Shown piece after piece: positions 61,466 through 64,000 of a DNA stretch of 64,000 bases (position 1 is its first letter; the number at the start of each line of letters is the position of its first letter). The translations under genes and the position numbers were made by a program. The notes beneath the pieces were generated by a model. That model was not told the origin of the DNA and did not search any database. It was given only the letters and a program-made list of their open reading frames with translations. Origin of the DNA: Felis catus. Taxonomy: Eukaryota. The stretch lies in NCBI RefSeq assembly GCF_018350175.1, contig NC_058383.1, positions 12,898,001-12,962,000 on the forward strand, read 5' to 3'.

Positions 61466-62711
61466 ATTTTACTTCTCCTTTGGGATGTTGTTTTATGTTC
61501 TGCTTTGCTCTGCTGCTGTATTTAACTTGTCTGCCTTAAGCTGTGATGGGTTCCTCCTAGTCTGAGATTCCTTGCAGCACCTCACATGGTACCTTGGACA
61601 TAGTAGGTACCCAGGGAACATTCTGGATTGAACTCATACAAGATTTTGTTAAGAATGTAAAGCTGGGCTTATTTTCATCTTGACTTTGAAAGCCTTTGAG
61701 ATTAGCTGGAGTCTGGTCTCATTTGTCTAACTTCTGAAGCTGCATCACCAAGGCCAAAGACTCTCTCGTGGTCACCCACTGGGTGGCCTGATGAGAAGGC
61801 CAGCCACTCAAGGCTGTGGACTTCATTCTGTTCTTGCTGACATTACTAGTGTAAATGAGAGGGCTTTTGATAATTCTCTGAGCCATTTAGGCCAGGTTAA
61901 TACTGGCCAGTAATTTCCTGAAGTGCCATGAAGTGGCAGGAACATGATTTATGTCACATGGGCTCCTGCTAGCTGCGATGAGTCCTGGAGGCCCAGCTGT
62001 GCTTCTGGAATTATGAATGTCTGTCAGAGGAGCTGCGTTTATTCCAGAGAGGTTTTTTTTTTTTTTTTTTTTTAAACCATCAAGGGAGTCCCTGTGCTGA
62101 TGAATGAAGAGGTGCAGGGCTGAACTGGCTGGTTGTGGATCTTACCCTAGCAGTTCTTAAAGACAACTGGGATTGAGGGTGCTTTGGCTGGCTGACACCT
62201 GGGTTGAAGTACTGAATTAAAACATAAAAGTGATGAGTGTGTGGGGAGAAGCATATAAAAGGAAGTACTTGGCATTCTGGCCAGGTTAGGACTGTCTTTG
62301 CTAAGGTCGGCACTTTGACGCATGTGAAACTTGTATGACTTCAGCACCTAGAAGATTGCACTTCGCTTATCAGCCAAACCCCATTCACGTTAGTGATGGT
62401 GTTGCCAGCATGAGAAGAATGTGGTTGTGGAGGCCAGTGTTAGGAAGCTGATGAGTTTTTAACTTTGGGCTTTGGAAGAAGCACAAACAGCCCCTTGAGT
62501 TTCAAGCTTGCCAAATAAAGAAGCAGCTTTGGCCCTAAGGCTACAGCTTTCAGGATGCTTGGTTACATTTGGGCCTATGGAGTCAGACCCAAGACAGATG
62601 ATGGATTTGTTGTCCTCCACAGCTTTGTAGCCCACACTCAGCCAGGTCTCTCTGTGCCTCTTTCTAGGCTGCCCATGTAAATATATTCACATTGCCTCTA
62701 GAAGATTTTAA

Positions 62712-62928
62712 GGAGCACCTGGGCGGCTCAGTCGTTGAGTGTTGACTCTTGTTTTCAGCTCAGGTCATGATCCCAGGGTTGTGGGATCCAGCCCCGCATC
62801 GGGCTCTTCACTGAGTATGGATCCTGCTTAAGATTCTCTCTCTCCCTGTGCCCCTCTTTCCCACTTGAGCTGTCTACAACAACAACAAAAAAAATAAAAA
62901 TAGATAGATAGATAGATAGATAGGTAGA
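62712..62928 (+). mobile_element. Can-SINE with (ATAG)n in the tail
   Basis: GGAGCACCTGGGCGGCTCAGTCG...CAGGTCATGATCCCAGGGTTGTGGGATC...; tail (CAA)n, A-rich, (ATAG)n. Confidence 0.92.
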
Positions 62929-63156
62929 TATTAAGGATTCCCCAGAGGAATCTGGAGGACTAGAAGGACCTTCTTGATAGTTGAGGAATGTCGATCTTGT
63001 CTCTTGATTGGGTGCATGCTGTTTTGGCTTCTACTTAGGCCAGAATCTTGTCACTGGTTTTGTTGTCTTTTCTGCTCACCTTTCTTCCCTCATTCCACAT
63101 TATCTGGAAACACTTTAATTGAGTTTCAAACATTTTGTGTTGTATGCCATCCAAAC

Positions 63157-63159
<3 letters not shown>

Positions 63160-63201
<42 letters not shown>
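63160..63201. repeat. (TG)n microsatellite at the L1 tail position
   Basis: Read directly from the sequence; abuts the L1 3' end. Confidence 0.96.
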
Positions 63202-63206
<5 letters not shown>

Positions 63207-63762
63207 GAAAAATACACAAAACATAAAATTTACTATGGGTACAGTCCACATTGGTGTGCAACCAATCTCCAGAATTCCTTTCTTGCAGAACTGAAACTCT
63301 GTAACCACTAAACAACATCTCCCATTCCCCTCTCCCTTCTAGCCCTTGGCAGGCTCCATTCTGCATTCTGTTTCTACGAATTTGACTTTCCTAGGTACTT
63401 CTTATTAAGTGGAATCCTACAGTATTTGTCTTTTTGTGGCTGGCTTATTTCACTTAGTGTAATGTCCTCAAGGTTCATCCACGTTGTAAGAGGTGTCAGG
63501 ATTTCCTTCCTTTTTAAGACTGAATAATATTCCATTGTGTGTATATATCACATTTTACTTATCTATTCATCCATCATTGGACACTTGGGGTTGTTTTCAC
63601 CTGTTAGCTATTATGACTATTGCTGCTGTGGACATAGGTGTGCAAATATTTATTCAAGACCCCCCTTTCAATTCTTTTGGATATATACTCAGAAGTGGAA
63701 TTTCTGGATCATATGGTAAATCTATTTTTAATTTTTCGAGGAACCACCATACTGTTTTCCGT
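63202..63762 (-). mobile_element. L1MB-like 3' fragment
   Basis: AACATAAAATTTAC...CAGAACTGAAACTCTGTA...GGCTTATTTCACTTAG..AATGTCCTCAAGGTTCATCC...GGATCATATGGTA...GAGGAACCACCATACTGTTTTCC. Confidence 0.93.
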
Positions 63763-64000
63763 AAGTAGCTAGATTTTTAAGAAATACATTTAAATTAGGT
63801 TTGTTTGTTTGTTTTTGCTTTTGGTCTCTATGCTGTCTTGAGTTGACCCTGGGTAGGTGAGTTTCTTAGTCATTCACCTGCCCCAGCATACCTCTGAGCT
63901 CAGACACACACTGTCCATGGCTCACTTTGGCCCTTGAGACTCTTGATTAGATTAGACCAAGAGGACAGCCTTCTCAGGACAAAGGGCTAAACAGTGGAGA

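Overview
Mammalian (felid/cat-like) nuclear DNA, not prokaryotic. The lineage call rests on about 20 tRNA-Lys-derived carnivore SINEs (Can-SINE/SINEC_Fc type) and carnivore-type L1 3' ends. The window is essentially non-coding: no ORF in the supplied track is a credible gene, and most overlap repeats, microsatellites or degenerate L1 ORF2. A visible T/G excess on the + strand and mostly antisense L1 fragments (9 of about 10) suggest large intron(s) of an unidentified + strand gene. One well-formed 42-nt candidate exon lies at 32846-32887. The rest is Can-SINEs (many with target-site duplications, TSDs), L1, L2, MIR, CR1/L3, MaLR LTRs, MER5 and Tigger2 DNA transposons, and microsatellites. The most notable observations are a perfect 48-bp-arm palindrome built from a Tigger2 end, a probable ancient RTE-LINE relic, a PBX/PREP-motif cluster, a fold-back MER5A, and closely spaced inverted repeat pairs. 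I found no evidence for a novel multi-gene system. Repeat family names come from recalled consensus sequences, not a database search.
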